DNA of 64,000 bases from Eledone cirrhosa (GCA_964016885.1 OZ024740.1:108004001-108068000); one strand, 5' to 3'. Positions 1 through 15,699 are shown, counted from the first letter of the stretch. Numbers and translations are program-made. Notes: a model not told the origin generated them from the letters alone.

Positions 1-3000
1 GTTATTATGACACCAGTACTTCCACTTTACAGTGTGGGCTGAGTGAATGTTATTGTGACACCAGTACTACCATTTTACAGTGTGGGCTGAGTGAATGTTA
101 TTGTGACACCAACACTTCCACTTTACAGTGTGGGCTGAGTGAATGTTATTGTGACACCAACACTTCCACTTTACAGTGTGGGCTGAGTGAATGTTATGAC
201 ACCAACACTTCCACTTTACAGTGTGGGCTGAGTGAATGTTATTGTGACACCAACACTTCCACTTTACAGTGTGGGCTGAGTGAATGTTATTGTAACACCA
301 ACACTTTCACTTTACATTGTGTGCTGAGTGAATGTTATTATGACACCAGTACTTCCACTTTACAGTGTGGGCTGAGTGAATGTTATTGTGACACCAGTAC
401 TACCACTTTACAGTGTGGGCTGGGTGAATGTTATTGTGACACCAGTACTACCACTTTACAGTGTGGGCTGAGTGAATGTTATTGTAACACCAACACTTCC
501 ACTTTGCAGTGTGGGCTGAGTGAATGTTATTGTGACACCAGTACTACCTCTTTACAGTGTGGGCTGAGTGAATGTTATTGTGACACCAACACTTCCACTT
601 TACAGTGTGGGCTGAGTGAATGTTATTGTGACACCAACACTTCCACTTTACAGTGTGGGCTGAGTGAATGTTATTATGACACCAACACTTCCACTTTACA
701 GTGTGGGCTGAGTGATTGTTATTGTGACACCAACACTTCCACTTTACAGTGTGGGCTGAGTGAATGTTATTATGACACCAACACTTCCACTTTACAGTGT
801 GGGCTGAGTGAATGTTATTGTGACACCAACACTTCCACTTTACAGTGTGGGCTGAGTGAATGTTATTGTAACACCAACACTTTCACTTTACAGTGTGGGC
901 TGAGTGAATGTTATTGTAACACCAACACTTTCACTTTACAGTGTGGGCTGAGTGAATGTTATTGTGACACCAACACTTCCACTTTACAGTGTGGGCTGAG
1001 TGAATGTTATTGTAACACCAACACTTTCACTTTACAGTTTGGGCTGAGTAAATGTTATTGTAACACCAACACTTTCACTTTACAGTGTGGGCTGAGTGAA
1101 TGTTATTGTGACACCAACACTTCCACTTTACAGTGTGGGCTGAGTGAATGTTATTATGACACCAGTACTTCCACTTTACAGTGTGGGCTGAGTGAATGTT
1201 ATTGTAACACCAACACTTTCACTTTACAGTGTGGGCTGAGTGAATGTTATTGTGACACCAACACTACCACTTTACAGTGTGGGCTGAGTGAATGTTATTA
1301 TGACACCAGTACTTCCACTTTACAGTGTGGGCTGAGTGAATGTTATTGTGTCACCAGTACTACCACTTTACATTTACAGTGTAGGCTGAGTGAATGTTAT
1401 TGTGACACCAACACTTCCACTTTACAGTGTGGGCTGAGTGAATGTTATTATGACACCAACACTTCCACTTTACAGTGTGGGATGAGTGAATGTTATTGTG
1501 ACACCAACACTTCCACTTTACAGTGTGGGCTGAGTGAATGTTATTGTAACACCAACACTTTCACTTTACAGTGTGGGCTGAGTGAATGTTATTGTGACAC
1601 CAACACTTCCACTTTACAGTGTGGGCTGAGTGAATGTTATTGTGTCACCAGTACTACCACTTTACATTTACAGTGTAGGCTGAGTGAATGTTATTGTGAT
1701 ACCAACACTTCCACTTTACAGTGTGGGCTGAGTGAATGTTATTGTGACACCAACACTTCCACTTTACAGTGTGGGCTGAGTGAATGTTATTGTGACACCA
1801 ACACTTTCACTTTACAGTGTGGGCTGAGTGAATGTTATTATGACACCAACACTTCCACTTTACAGTGTGGGATGAGTGAATGTTATTGTGACACCAACAC
1901 TTCCACTTTACAGTGTGGGCTGAGTGAATGTTATTGTGACACCAACACTTCCACTTTACAGTGTGGGCTGAGTGAATGTTATGACACCAACACTTCCACT
2001 TTACAGTGTGGGCTGAGTGAATGTTATTGTGACACCAACACTTCCACTTTACAGTGTGGGCTGAGTGAATGTTATTGTAACACCAACACTTTCACTTTAC
2101 AGTGTGGGCTGAGTGAATGTTATTATGACACCAGTACTTCCACTTTACAGTGTGGGCTGAGTGAATGTTATTGTGACACCAGTACTACCACTTTACAGTG
2201 TGGGCTGAGTGAATGTTATTGTGACACCAGTACTACCACTTTACAGTGTGGGCTGAGTGAATGTTATTGTAACACCAACACTTCCACTTTGCAGTGTGGG
2301 CTGAGTGAATGTTATTGTGACACCAGTACTACCTCTTTACAGTGTGGGCTGAGTGAATGTTATTGTGACACCAACACTTCCACTTTACAGTGTGGGCTGA
2401 GTGAATGTTATTGTGACACCAACACTTCCACTTTACAGTGTGGGCTGAGTGAATGTTATTATGACACCAACACTTCCACTTTACAGTGTGGGCTGAGTGA
2501 TTGTTATTGTGACACCAACACTTCCACTTTACAGTGTGGGCTGAGCGAATGTTATTATGACACCAACACTTCCACTTTACAGTGTGGGCTGAGTGAATGT
2601 TATTGTGACACCAACGCTTCCACTTTACAGTGTGGGCTGAGTGAATGTTATTGTGAAACCAACGCTTCCACTTTACAGTGTGGGCTGAGTGAATGTTATT
2701 GTGACACCAACACTTCCACTTTACAGTGTGGGCTGAGTGAATGTTATCGTGACACCAACACTTCCACTTTACAGTGTGGGCTGAGTGAATGTTATTGTGA
2801 CACCAACACTTCCACTTTACAGTGTGGGCTGAGTGAATGTTATTATGACACCAACACTTCCACTTTACAGTGTGGGCTGAGTGAATGTTATTGTGACACC
2901 AACACTTCCACTTTACAGTGTGGGCTGAGTGAATGTTATTATGACACCAACACTTCCACTTTACAGTGTGGGCTGAGTGAATGTTATTGTGACACCAACA

Positions 3001-6000
3001 CTTCCACTTTACAGTGTGGGCTGAGTGAATGTTATTGCGACACCAACACTTCCACTTTACAGTGTGGGCTGAGTGAATGTTATTATGACACCAGTACTTC
3101 CACTTTACAGTGTGGGCTGAGTGAATGTTATTGTGACACCAACACTTCCACTTTACAGTGTGGGCTGAGTGAATGTTATTGTGACACCAACACTTCCACT
3201 TTACAGTGTGGGCTGAGTGAATGTTATTGTGACACCAACACTTCCACTTTACAGTGTGGGCTGAGTGAATGTTATTGTGACACCAACACTTCCACTTTAC
3301 AGTGTGGGCTGAGTGATTGTTATTGTGACACCAACACCTCCACTTTACAGTGTGGGCTGAGTGAATGTTATCGTGACACCAACACTTCCACTTTACAGTG
3401 TGGGCTGAGTGAATGTTATTATGACACCAGTACTTCCACTTTACAGTGTGGGCTGAGTGAATGTTATTGTGACACCAGTACTACCATTTTACAGTGTGGG
3501 CTGAGTGAATGTTATTGTGAAACCAACACTTCCACTTTACAGTGTGGGCTGAGTGAATGTTATTGTGACACCAACACTTCCACTTTACAGTGTGGGCTGA
3601 GTGAATGTTATGACACCAACACTTCCACTTTACAGTGTGGGCTGAGTGAATGTTATTGTGACACCAACACTTCCACTTTACAGTGTGGGCTGAGTGAATG
3701 TTATTGTAACACCAACACTTTCACTTTACATTGTGTGCTGAGTGAATGTTATTATGACACCAGTACTTCCACTTTACAGTGTGGGCTGAGTGAATGTTAT
3801 TGTGACACCAGTACTACCACTTTACAGTGTGGGCTGAGTGAATGTTATTATGACACCAACACTTCCACTTTACAGTGTGGGATGAGTGAATGTTATTGTG
3901 ACACCAACACTTCCACTTTACAGTGTGGGCTGAGTGAATGTTATTGTGACACCAACACTTCCACTTTACAGTGTGGGCTGAGTGAATGTTATTGTGACAC
4001 CAACACTTCCACTTTACAGTGTGGGCTGAGTGAATGTTATTGTGACACCAACACTTCCACTTTACAGTGTGGGCTGAGTGAATGTTATTGTAACACCAAC
4101 ACTTCCACTTTACAGTGTGGGCTGAGTGAATGTTATTATGACACCAGTACTTCCACTTTACAGTGTGGGCTGAGTGAATGTTATTGTGACACCAGTACTA
4201 CCATTTTACAGTGTGGGCTGAGTGAATGTTATTGTGACACCAACACTTCCACTTTACAGTGTGGGCTGAGTGAATGTTATTGTGACACCAACACTTCCAC
4301 TTTACAGTGTGGGCTGAGTGAATGTTATGACACCAACACTTCCACTTTACAGTGTGGGCTGAGTGAATGTTATTGTGACACCAACACTTCCACTTTACAG
4401 TGTGGGCTGAGTGAATGTTATTGTAACACCAACACTTTCACTTTACATTGTGTGCTGAGTGAATGTTATTATGACACCAGTACTTCCACTTTACAGTGTG
4501 GGCTGAGTGAATGTTATTGTGACACCAGTACTACCACTTTACAGTGTGGGCTGGGTGAATGTTATTGTGACACCAGTACTACCACTTTACAGTGTGGGCT
4601 GAGTGAATGTTATTGTAACACCAACACTTCCACTTTGCAGTGTGGGCTGAGTGAATGTTATTGTGACACCAGTACTACCTCTTTACAGTGTGGGCTGAGT
4701 GAATGTTATTGTGACACCAACACTTCCACTTTACAGTGTGGGCTGAGTGAATGTTATTGTGACACCAACACTTCCACTTTACAGTGTGGGCTGAGTGAAT
4801 GTTATTATGACACCAACACTTCCACTTTACAGTGTGGGCTGAGTGATTGTTATTGTGACACCAACACTTCCACTTTACAGTGTGGGCTGAGTGAATGTTA
4901 TTATGACACCAACACTTCCACTTTACAGTGTGGGCTGAGTGAATGTTATTGTGACACCAACACTTCCACTTTACAGTGTGGGCTGAGTGAATGTTATTGT
5001 AACACCAACACTTTCACTTTACAGTGTGGGCTGAGTGAATGTTATTGTAACACCAACACTTTCACTTTACAGTGTGGGCTGAGTGAATGTTATTGTGACA
5101 CCAACACTTCCACTTTACAGTGTGGGCTGAGTGAATGTTATTGTAACACCAACACTTTCACTTTACAGTTTGGGCTGAGTAAATGTTATTGTAACACCAA
5201 CACTTTCACTTTACAGTGTGGGCTGAGTGAATGTTATTGTGACACCAACACTTCCACTTTACAGTGTGGGCTGAGTGAATGTTATTATGACACCAGTACT
5301 TCCACTTTACAGTGTGGGCTGAGTGAATGTTATTGTAACACCAACACTTTCACTTTACAGTGTGGGCTGAGTGAATGTTATTGTGACACCAACACTACCA
5401 CTTTACAGTGTGGGCTGAGTGAATGTTATTATGACACCAGTCCTTCCACTTTACAGTGTGGGCTGAGTGAATGTTATTGTGTCACCAGTACTACCACTTT
5501 ACATTTACAGTGTAGGCTGAGTGAATGTTATTGTGACACCAACACTTCCACTTTACAGTGTGGGCTGAGTGAATGTTATTATGACACCAACACTTCCACT
5601 TTACAGTGTGGGATGAGTGAATGTTATTGTGACACCAACACTTCCACTTTACAGTGTGGGCTGAGTGAATGTTATTGTAACACCAACACTTTCACTTTAC
5701 AGTGTGGGCTGAGTGAATGTTATTGTGACACCAACACTTCCACTTTACAGTGTGGGCTGAGTGAATGTTATTGTGTCACCAGTACTACCACTTTACATTT
5801 ACAGTGTAGGCTGAGTGAATGTTATTGTGACACCAACACTTCCACTTTACAGTGTGGGCTGAGTGAATGTTATTGTGACACCAACACTTCCACTTTACAG
5901 TGTGGGCTGAGTGAATGTTATTGTGACACCAACACTTCCACTTTACAGTGTGGGCTGAGTGAATGTTATTGTGACACCAACACTTCCACTTTACAGTGTG

Positions 6001-9000
6001 GGCTGAGTGAATGTTATGACACCAACACTTCCACTTTACAGTGTGGGCTGAGTGAATGTTATTGTGACACCAACACTTCCACTTTACAGTGTGGGCTGAG
6101 TGAATGTTATTGTAACACCAACACTTTCACTTTACAGTGTGGGCTGAGTGAATGTTATTATGACACCAGTACTTCCACTTTACAGTGTGGGCTGAGTGAA
6201 TGTTATTGTGACACCAGTACTACCACTTTACAGTGTGGGCTGAGTGAATGTTATTGTGACACCAGTACTACCACTTTACAGTGTGGGCTGAGTGAATGTT
6301 ATTGTAACACCAACACTTCCACTTTGCAGTGTGGGCTGAGTGAATGTTATTGTGACACCAGTACTACCTCTTTACAGTGTGGGCTGAGTGAATGTTATTG
6401 TGACACCAACACTTCCACTTTACAGTGTGGGCTGAGTGAATGTTATTGTGACACCAACACTTCCACTTTACAGTGTGGGCTGAGTGAATGTTATTATGAC
6501 ACCAACACTTCCACTTTACAGTGTGGGCTGAGTGAATGTTATTGTGACACCAACGCTTCCACTTTACAGTGTGGGCTGAGTGAATGTTATTGTGAAACCA
6601 ACGCTTCCACTTTACAGTGTGGGCTGAGTGAATGTTATTGTGACACCAACACTTCCACTTTACAGTGTGGGCTGAGTGAATGTTATCGTGACACCAACAC
6701 TTCCACTTTACAGTGTGGGCTGAGTGAATGTTATTGTGACACCAACACTTCCACTTTACAGTGTGGGCTGAGTGAATGTTATTATGACACCAACACTTCC
6801 ACTTTACAGTGTGGGCTGAGTGAATGTTATTGTGACACCAACACTTCCACTTTACAGTGTGGGCTGAGTGAATGTTATTATGACACCAACACTTCCACTT
6901 TACAGTGTGGGCTGAGTGAATGTTATTGTGACACCAACACTTCCACTTTACAGTGTGGGCTGAGTGAATGTTATTGCGACACCAACACTTCCACTTTACA
7001 GTGTGGGCTGAGTGAATGTTATTATGACACCAGTACTTCCACTTTACAGTGTGGGCTGAGTGATTGTTATTGTGACACCAACACCTCCACTTTACAGTGT
7101 GGGCTGAGTGAATGTTAGTATGTCACCAGTACTTCCACTTTACAGTGTGGGCTGAGTGAATGTTATTGTAACACCAACACTTCCACTTTGCAGTGTGGGC
7201 TGAGTGAATGTTATTGTGACACCAGTACTACCTCTTTACAGTGTGGGCTGAGTGAATGTTATTGTGACACCAACACTTCCACTTTACAGTGTGGGCTGAG
7301 TGAATGTTATTGTGACACCAACACTTCCACTTTACAGTGTGGGCTGAGTGAATGTTATTGTGACACCAACACTTCCACTTTACAGTGTGGGCTGAGTGAA
7401 TGTTATTGTGACACCAACACTTCCACTTTACAGTGTGGGCTGAGTGAATGTTATTATGACACCAACACTTCCACTTTACAGTGTGGGCTGAGTGATTGTT
7501 ATTGTGACACCAACACTTCCACTTTACAGTGTGGGCTGAGCGAATGTTATTATGACACCAACACTTCCACTTTACAGTGTGGGCTGAGTGAATGTTATTG
7601 TGACACCAACGCTTCCACTTTACAGTGTGGGCTGAGTGAATGTTATTGTGAAACCAACGCTTCCACTTTACAGTGTGGGCTGAGTGAATGTTATTGTGAC
7701 ACCAACACTTCCACTTTACAGTGTGGGCTGAGTGAATGTTATCGTGACACCAACACTTCCACTTTACAGTGTGGGCTGAGTGAATGTTATTATGACACCA
7801 ACACTTCCACTTTACACTGTGGGCTGAGTGAATGTTATTATGACACCAACACTTCCACTTTACAGTGTGGGCTGAGTGAATGTTATTATGACACCAACAC
7901 TTCCACTTTACAGTGTGGGCTGAGTGAATGTTATTATGACACCAACACTTCCACTTTACAGTGTGGGCTGAGTGAATGTTATTATGACACCAACACTTCC
8001 ACTTTACAGTGTGGGCTGAGTGAATGTTATTGCGACACCAACACTTCCACTTTACAGTGTGGGCTGAGTGAATGTTATTGTGACACCAACACTTCCACTT
8101 TACAGTGTGGGCTGAGTGAATGTTATTGTGACACCAACACTTCCACTTTACAGTGTGGGCTGAGTGAATGTTATTGTGACACCAACACTTCCACTTTACA
8201 GTGTGGGCTGAGTGAATGTTATTGTGACACCAGTACTTCCACTTTACAGTGTGGGCTGAGTGAATGTTATTATGACACCAGTACTACCTCTTTACAGTGT
8301 GGGCTGAGTGAATGTTATTGCGACACCAACACTTCCACTTTACAGTGTGGGCTGAGTGAATGTTATTATGACACCAACACTTCCACTTTACAGTGTGGGC
8401 TGAGTGCATGTTATTGTGACACCAACACTTCCACTTTACAGTGTGGGCTGAGTGAATGTTATTGTGACACCAACACTTCCACTTTACAGTGTGGGCTGAG
8501 TGAATGTTATTGTAACACCAACACTTCCACTTTACAGTGTGGGCTGAGTGAATGTTATTGTGACACCAACACTTCCACTTTACAGTGTGGGCTGAGTGAA
8601 TGTTATTATGACACCAACACTTCCACTTTACAGTGTGGGCTGAGTGAATGTTATTGTGACACCAACGCTTCCACTTTACAGTGTGGGCTGAGTGAATGTT
8701 ATTGTGAAACCAACGCTTCCACTTTACAGTGTGGGCTGAGTGAATGTTATTGTGACACCAACACTTCCACTTTACAGTGTGGGCTGAGTGAATGTTATCG
8801 TGACACCAACACTTCCACTGTACAGTGTGGGCTGAGTGAATGTTATTGTGACACCAACACTTCCACTTTACAGTGTGGGCTGAGTGAATGTTATTATGAC
8901 ACCAACACTTCCACTTTACAGTGTGGGCTGAGTGAATGTTATTGTGACACCAACACTTCCACTTTACAGTGTGGGCTGAGTGAATGTTATTATGACACCA

Positions 9001-12000
9001 ACACTTCCACTTTACAGTGTGGGCTGAGTGAATGTTATTGTGACACCAACACTTCCACTTTACAGTGTGGGCTGAGTGAATGTTATTGCGACACCAACAC
9101 TTCCACTTTACAGTGTGGGCTGAGTGAATGTTATTATGACACCAGTACTTCCACTTTACAGTGTGGGCTGAGTGAATGTTATTGTGACACCAACACTTCC
9201 ACTTTACAGTGTGGGCTGAGCGAATGTTATTGTGACACCAACACTTCCACTTTACAGTGTGGGCTGAGTGAATGTTATTGTGACACCAACACTTCCACTT
9301 TACAGTGTGGGCTGAGTGAATGTTATTGTGACACCAACACTTCCACTTTACAGTGTGGGCTGAGTGATTGTTATTGTGACACCAACACCTCCACTTTACA
9401 GTGTGGGCTGAGTGAATGTTAGTATGTCACCAGTACTTCCACTTTACAGTGTGGGCTGAGTGAATGTTATTGTAACACCAACACTTCCACTTTGCAGTGT
9501 GGGCTGAGTGAATGTTATTGTGACACCAGTACTACCTCTTTACAGTGTGGGCTGAGTGAATGTTATTGTGACACCAACACTTCCACTTTACAGTGTGGGC
9601 TGAGTGAATGTTATTGTGACACCAACACTTCCACTTTACAGTGTGGGCTGAGTGAATGTTATTGTGACACCAACACTTCCACTTTACAGTGTGGGCTGAG
9701 TGAATGTTATTGTGACACCAACACTTCCACTTTACAGTGTGGGCTGAGTGAATGTTATTATGACACCAACACTTCCACTTTACAGTGTGGGCTGAGTGAT
9801 TGTTATTGTGACACCAACACTTCCACTTTACAGTGTGGGCTGAGCGAATGTTATTATGACACCAACACTTCCACTTTACAGTGTGGGCTGAGTGAATGTT
9901 ATTGTGACACCAACGCTTCCACTTTACAGTGTGGGCTGAGTGAATGTTATTGTGAAACCAACGCTTCCACTTTACAGTGTGGGCTGAGTGAATGTTATTG
10001 TGACACCAACACTTCCACTTTACAGTGTGGGCTGAGTGAATGTTATCGTGACACCAACACTTCCACTTTACAGTGTGGGCTGAGTGAATGTTATTATGAC
10101 ACCAACACTTCCACTTTACACTGTGGGCTGAGTGAATGTTATTATGACACCAACACTTCCACTTTACAGTGTGGGCTGAGTGAATGTTATTATGACACCA
10201 ACACTTCCACTTTACAGTGTGGGCTGAGTGAATGTTATTATGACACCAACACTTCCACTTTACAGTGTGGGCTGAGTGAATGTTATTATGACACCAACAC
10301 TTCCACTTTACAGTGTGGGCTGAGTGAATGTTATTGCGACACCAACACTTCCACTTTACAGTGTGGGCTGAGTGAATGTTATTGTGACACCAACACTTCC
10401 ACTTTACAGTGTGGGCTGAGTGAATGTTATTGTGACACCAACACTTCCACTTTACAGTGTGGGCTGAGTGAATGTTATTGTGACACCAACACTTCCACTT
10501 TACAGTGTGGGCTGAGTGAATGTTATTGTGACACCAGTACTTCCACTTTACAGTGTGGGCTGAGTGAATGTTATTATGACACCAGTACTACCTCTTTACA
10601 GTGTGGGCTGAGTGAATGTTATTGCGACACCAACACTTCCACTTTACAGTGTGGGCTGAGTGAATGTTATTATGACACCAACACTTCCACTTTACAGTGT
10701 GGGCTGAGTGCATGTTATTGTGACACCAACACTTCCACTTTACAGTGTGGGCTGAGTGAATGTTATTGTGACACCAACACTTCCACTTTACAGTGTGGGC
10801 TGAGTGAATGTTATTGTAACACCAACACTTTCACTTTACAGTGTGGGCTGAGTGAATGTTATTGTGACACCAACACTTCCACTTTACAGTGTGGGCTGAG
10901 TGAATGTTATTGTGTCACCAGTACTACCACTTTACATTTACAGTGTAGGCTGAGTGAATGTTATTGTGACACCAACACTTCCACTTTACAGTGTGGGCTG
11001 AGTGAATGTTATTATGACACCAACACTTCCACTTTACAGTGTGGGATGAGTGAATGTTATTGTGACACCAACACTTCCACTTTACAGTGTGGGCTGAGTG
11101 AATGTTATTGTGACACCAACACTTCCACTTTACAGTGTGGGCTGAGTGAATGTTATGACACCAACACTTCCACTTTACAGTGTGGGCTGAGTGAATGTTA
11201 TTGTGACACCAACACTTCCACTTTACAGTGTGGGCTGAGTGAATGTTATTGTAACACCAACACTTTCACTTTACAGTGTGGGCTGAGTGAATGTTATTAT
11301 GACACCAGTACTTCCACTTTACAGTGTGGGCTGAGTGAATGTTATTGTGACACCAACACTTCCACTTTACAGTGTGGGCTGAGTGAATGTTATTGTAACA
11401 CCAACACTTTCACTTTACAGTGTGGGCTGAGTGAATGTTATTATGACACCAGTACTTCCACTTTACAGTGTGGGCTGAGTGAATGTTATTGTGACACCAA
11501 CACTTCCACTTTACAGTGTGGGCTGAGTGAATGTTATTGTAACACCAACACTTTCACTTTACAGTGTGGGCTGAGTGAATGTTATTATGACACCAGTACT
11601 TCCACTTTACAGTGTGGGCTGAGTGAATGTTATTGTAACACCAACACTTCCACATTGCAGTGTGGGCTGAGTGAATGTTATTGTGACACCAGTACTACCT
11701 CTTTACAGTGTGGGCTGAGTGAATGTTATTGTGACACCAACACTTCCACTTTACAGTGTGGGCTGAGTGAATGTTATTGTGACACCAACACTTCCACTTT
11801 ACAGTGTGGGCTGAGTGAATGTTATTGTGACACCAGTACTACCACTTTACAGTGTGGGCTGAGTGAATGTTATTGTGACACCAGTACTACCACTTTACAG
11901 TGTGGGCTGAGTGAATGTTATTGTAACACCAACACTTCCACATTGCAGTGTGGGCTGAGTGAATGTTATTGTGACACCAGTACTACCTCTTTACAGTGTG

Positions 12001-13562
12001 GGCTGAGTGAATGTTATTGTGACACCAACACTTCCACTTTACAGTGTGGGCTGAGTGAATGTTATTGTGACACCAACACTTCCACTTTACAGTGTGGGCT
12101 GAGTGAATGTTATTATGACACCAACACTTCCACTTTACAGTGTGGGCTGAGTGATTGTTATTGTGACACCAACACTTCCACTTTACAGTGTGGGCTGAGC
12201 GAATGTTATTATGACACCAACACTTCCACTTTACAGTGTGGGCTGAGTGAATGTTATTGTGACACCAACGCTTCCACTTTACAGTGTGGGCTGAGTGAAT
12301 GTTATTGTGAAACCAACGCTTCCACTTTACAGTGTGGGCTGAGTGAATGTTATTGTGACACCAACACTTCCACTTTACAGTGTGGGCTGAGTGAATGTTA
12401 TCGTGACACCAACACTTCCACTTTACAGTGTGGGCTGAGTGAATGTTATTATGACACCAACACTTCCACTTTACAGTGTGGGCTGAGTGAATGTTATTAT
12501 GACACCAACACTTCCACTTTACAGTGTGGGCTGAGTGAATGTTATTGTGAAACCAACGCTTCCACTTTACAGTGTGGGCTGAGTGAATGTTATTGTGACA
12601 CCAACACTTCCACTTTACAGTGTGGGCTGAGTGAATGTTATCGTGACACCAACACTTCCACTTTACAGTGTGGGCTGAGTGAATGTTATTATGACACCAA
12701 CACTTCCACTTTACAGTGTGGGCTGAGTGAATGTTATTGTGACACCAACACTTCCACTTTACAGTGTGGGCTGAGTGATTGTTATTGTGTCACCAGTACT
12801 TCCACTTTACAGTGTGGGCTGAGTGAATGTTATTGTGACACCAACACTTCCACTTTACAGTGTGGGCTGAGTGATTGTTATTGTGTCACCAGTACTTCCA
12901 CTTTACAGTGTGGGCTGAGTGAATGTTATTGTGAAACCAACGCTTCCACTTTACAGTGTGGGCTGAGTGAATGTTATTGTGACACCAACACTTCCACTTT
13001 ACAGTGTGGGCTGAGTGAATGTTATCGTGACACCAACACTTCCACTTTACAGTGTGGGCTGAGTGAATGTTATTATGACACCAACACTTCCACTTTACAG
13101 TGTGGGCTGAGTGAATGTTATTGTGACACCAACACTTCCACTTTACAGTGTGGGCTGAGTGATTGTTATTGTGTCACCAGTACTTCCACTTTACAGTGTG
13201 GGCTGAGTGAATGTTATTGTGACACCAACACTTCCACTTTACAGTGTGGGCTGAGTGAATGTTGTGACACCAACACTTCCACTTTACAGTGTGGGCTGAG
13301 TGAATGTTATTGTGACACCAACACTTCCACTTTACAGTGTGGGCTGAGTGAATGTTAGTATGGCACCAGTACTTCCACTTTACAGTGTGGGCTGAGTGAT
13401 TGTTATTGTGACACCAACACTTCCACTTTACAGTGTGGGCTGAGTGAATGTTATTGTGACACCAACACTTCCACTTTACAGTGTGGGCTGAGTGATTGTT
13501 ATTGTGTCACCAGTACTTCCACTTTACAGTGTGGGCTGAGTGAATGTTAGTATGGCACCAGC
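1..13562. repeat. 48-bp minisatellite, about 280 copies, open at the left window edge
   Basis: Unit GACACCAACACTTCCACTTTACAGTGTGGGCTGAGTGAATGTTATTGT repeats continuously. Diagnostic variants recur at offsets of 4131 bp (70/4201, 420/4551) and 2304 bp (7116/9420). The three long Cys-rich ORFs are this repeat read in one frame. Confidence 0.98.
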
Positions 13563-13955
13563 GCTATAAAACTGATGATGATGAATATAATGATAATGAT
13601 GATGTACCTCTCCGTAAATAAATTGAAAAAAAACATCTCTAAATCTTCAAAAAAAGCAGGGTTTCAATCTCCTGGTGATACTTTCAATAATAAAAAGATG
13701 TTATAATAACAAACATAACAAGCTACATCAGCCTATCGTAATTTTCCCTAAAAGCAATATGATCATGTCTTTATTGCTTCCCAAGCAGTCCTGAACAAGA
13801 TCAGATACATTAGATAGAAAAGTGAGGATATCTTAAAAGTAGAAAAATATGAAGCTTGTTATTTTTAATGAATATACCTTATTGAAATAACAAATTATTG
13901 TTTTTATCACATATTTAAGACTAAATGGTCACTTGGAAACAATCAAGCAAATCAT

Positions 13956-14270
<315 letters not shown>

Positions 14271-14469
14271 GTATTTCTCTACTAGAAATAATAATACTGA
14301 TGATGGTTGCGGTGATGGTGTGGTATGATGGTGGTGGGGTGGCAATGATAATGATGATAATAATCAGCTGCCTTTATTATCATTATCATCCTGTAGATGT
14401 TGGTCCTAATTTGTTATTCTTCTGTAAGGAAAAACAAATAATGCAATGAATGAAGTGAGTTGTGTTTAC

Positions 14470-14750
14470 TCTGAAAACAGTGTCAAAAATAGGGGCCCAT
14501 GTGTCTACAGTAGGTTTACAATGTACTCCCTCCTGTATTGGTGTTGAAATATAGGGGGCTTGTGTGGAAACAGATTAAAAAATAGAGGCCCACAGGTCCA
14601 CTGTTGGTTTACAATATACTCCCTTCTGTATTAGTGTTGAAATATCAAGGAGGGGACAGGGGCAAGTGTGAAAATTGTGTAAAAAAAGGGTTCACAGTAG
14701 GTTTACAATGTACTCCCTCCTGCATTGGTGTTGAAATATAGGGGGCAAGG
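14470..14750. repeat. Diverged tandem repeat, 3 copies of about 90 bp
   Basis: GGTTTACAAT(G/A)TACTCCC...GTGTTGAAATAT recurs at about 14512, 14606 and 14700. Confidence 0.8.
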
Positions 14751-14809
14751 ATTGTAATGGAACTGAGCACACTCTGTTACATTGTACTTTCTCTGTATAT
14801 AAGGGAACA

Positions 14810-15115
14810 TGTCTATGGGTTTAGGGTGTTTCATTCACTATTATGGGGTCATGATTTCCATTCTCAATTCAATTCTTGAATATGTGTTGTGTCCTTGAGC
14901 AAGACTCTTTATTTAATGTTGCTCCACTCAGCTAACGAAAAAGATCTGTATCTGTAATTCAAAGGGCCAGCCTTGTCATACACTGTTACGTTGAATCTTC
15001 CGGAGACTTATGTTAAGGGTTTGTGGAATGCTCAGACACTTGTACCTTAACCTCACAAAAAGGCTGTGTTATTGGTCCAGGAAACTGAAACACGTCATCA
15101 AAACTGACAGAGGTC
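14810..15115 (+). mobile_element. tRNA-derived SINE (family A), diverged
   Basis: A/B-box-like head, then TGTGTCCTTGAGCAAGAC(A/T)CTTTATTT core and a tail shared with 63600-63895 and 17815-18050 (-). Confidence 0.7.
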
Positions 15116-15699
15116 CAAACACACACACACTTTCCTAGGCAATGATGTTATAACTTATTATTACCTCCAACGAAAGAAATGCGCAAGATGAAACAAGACT
15201 GTTTTCTGACTTCATTTAACTCATCTCAAAATTCATTAACATTACTCTATATATACTATTATATTTTCACAGTAAAGGCTTTATCTCACATAATATCGAA
15301 TCTATGAGATTTTGATATTTATTTTGAGAACAATACCTTAGCTTCAGTATGAGTGACCAGTACAGCAAGGGTTGTGATAATCCTCCAAAAAAGATTTTGC
15401 AAGGTAAAACAAGATTGCTTTCAGGAGTGTGTTTCTGGAGGATGAGGGACACTTCTCGGAATTCAAAAGAGCTAAGGAGTTATTTTTAAAAGCAGGGGGC
15501 ATCAGATATTCACAGGGACCTTGTACCAATGTTCTGGCAAATCTCTGCTCCTATGGGCCCTTTGTGTTACAATGTACTTCCCCTACATTAGTGGTGGAAC
15601 AACACCTTTCAACTTGACATACACCTAATAAGGAAGAACATAGAATTCTATGTTTTGTGGTGTTGTGTGGGGGGTTATTGTATTGGTGGATGGGGATAG

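Noticed and set aside
1-13562. CRISPR-like array or confident Cys-rich gene
   Set aside because: There are no unique spacers and no cas genes, and the context is eukaryotic. The ORF starts are GTG/TTG inside repeat units, and coding status is unsupported.
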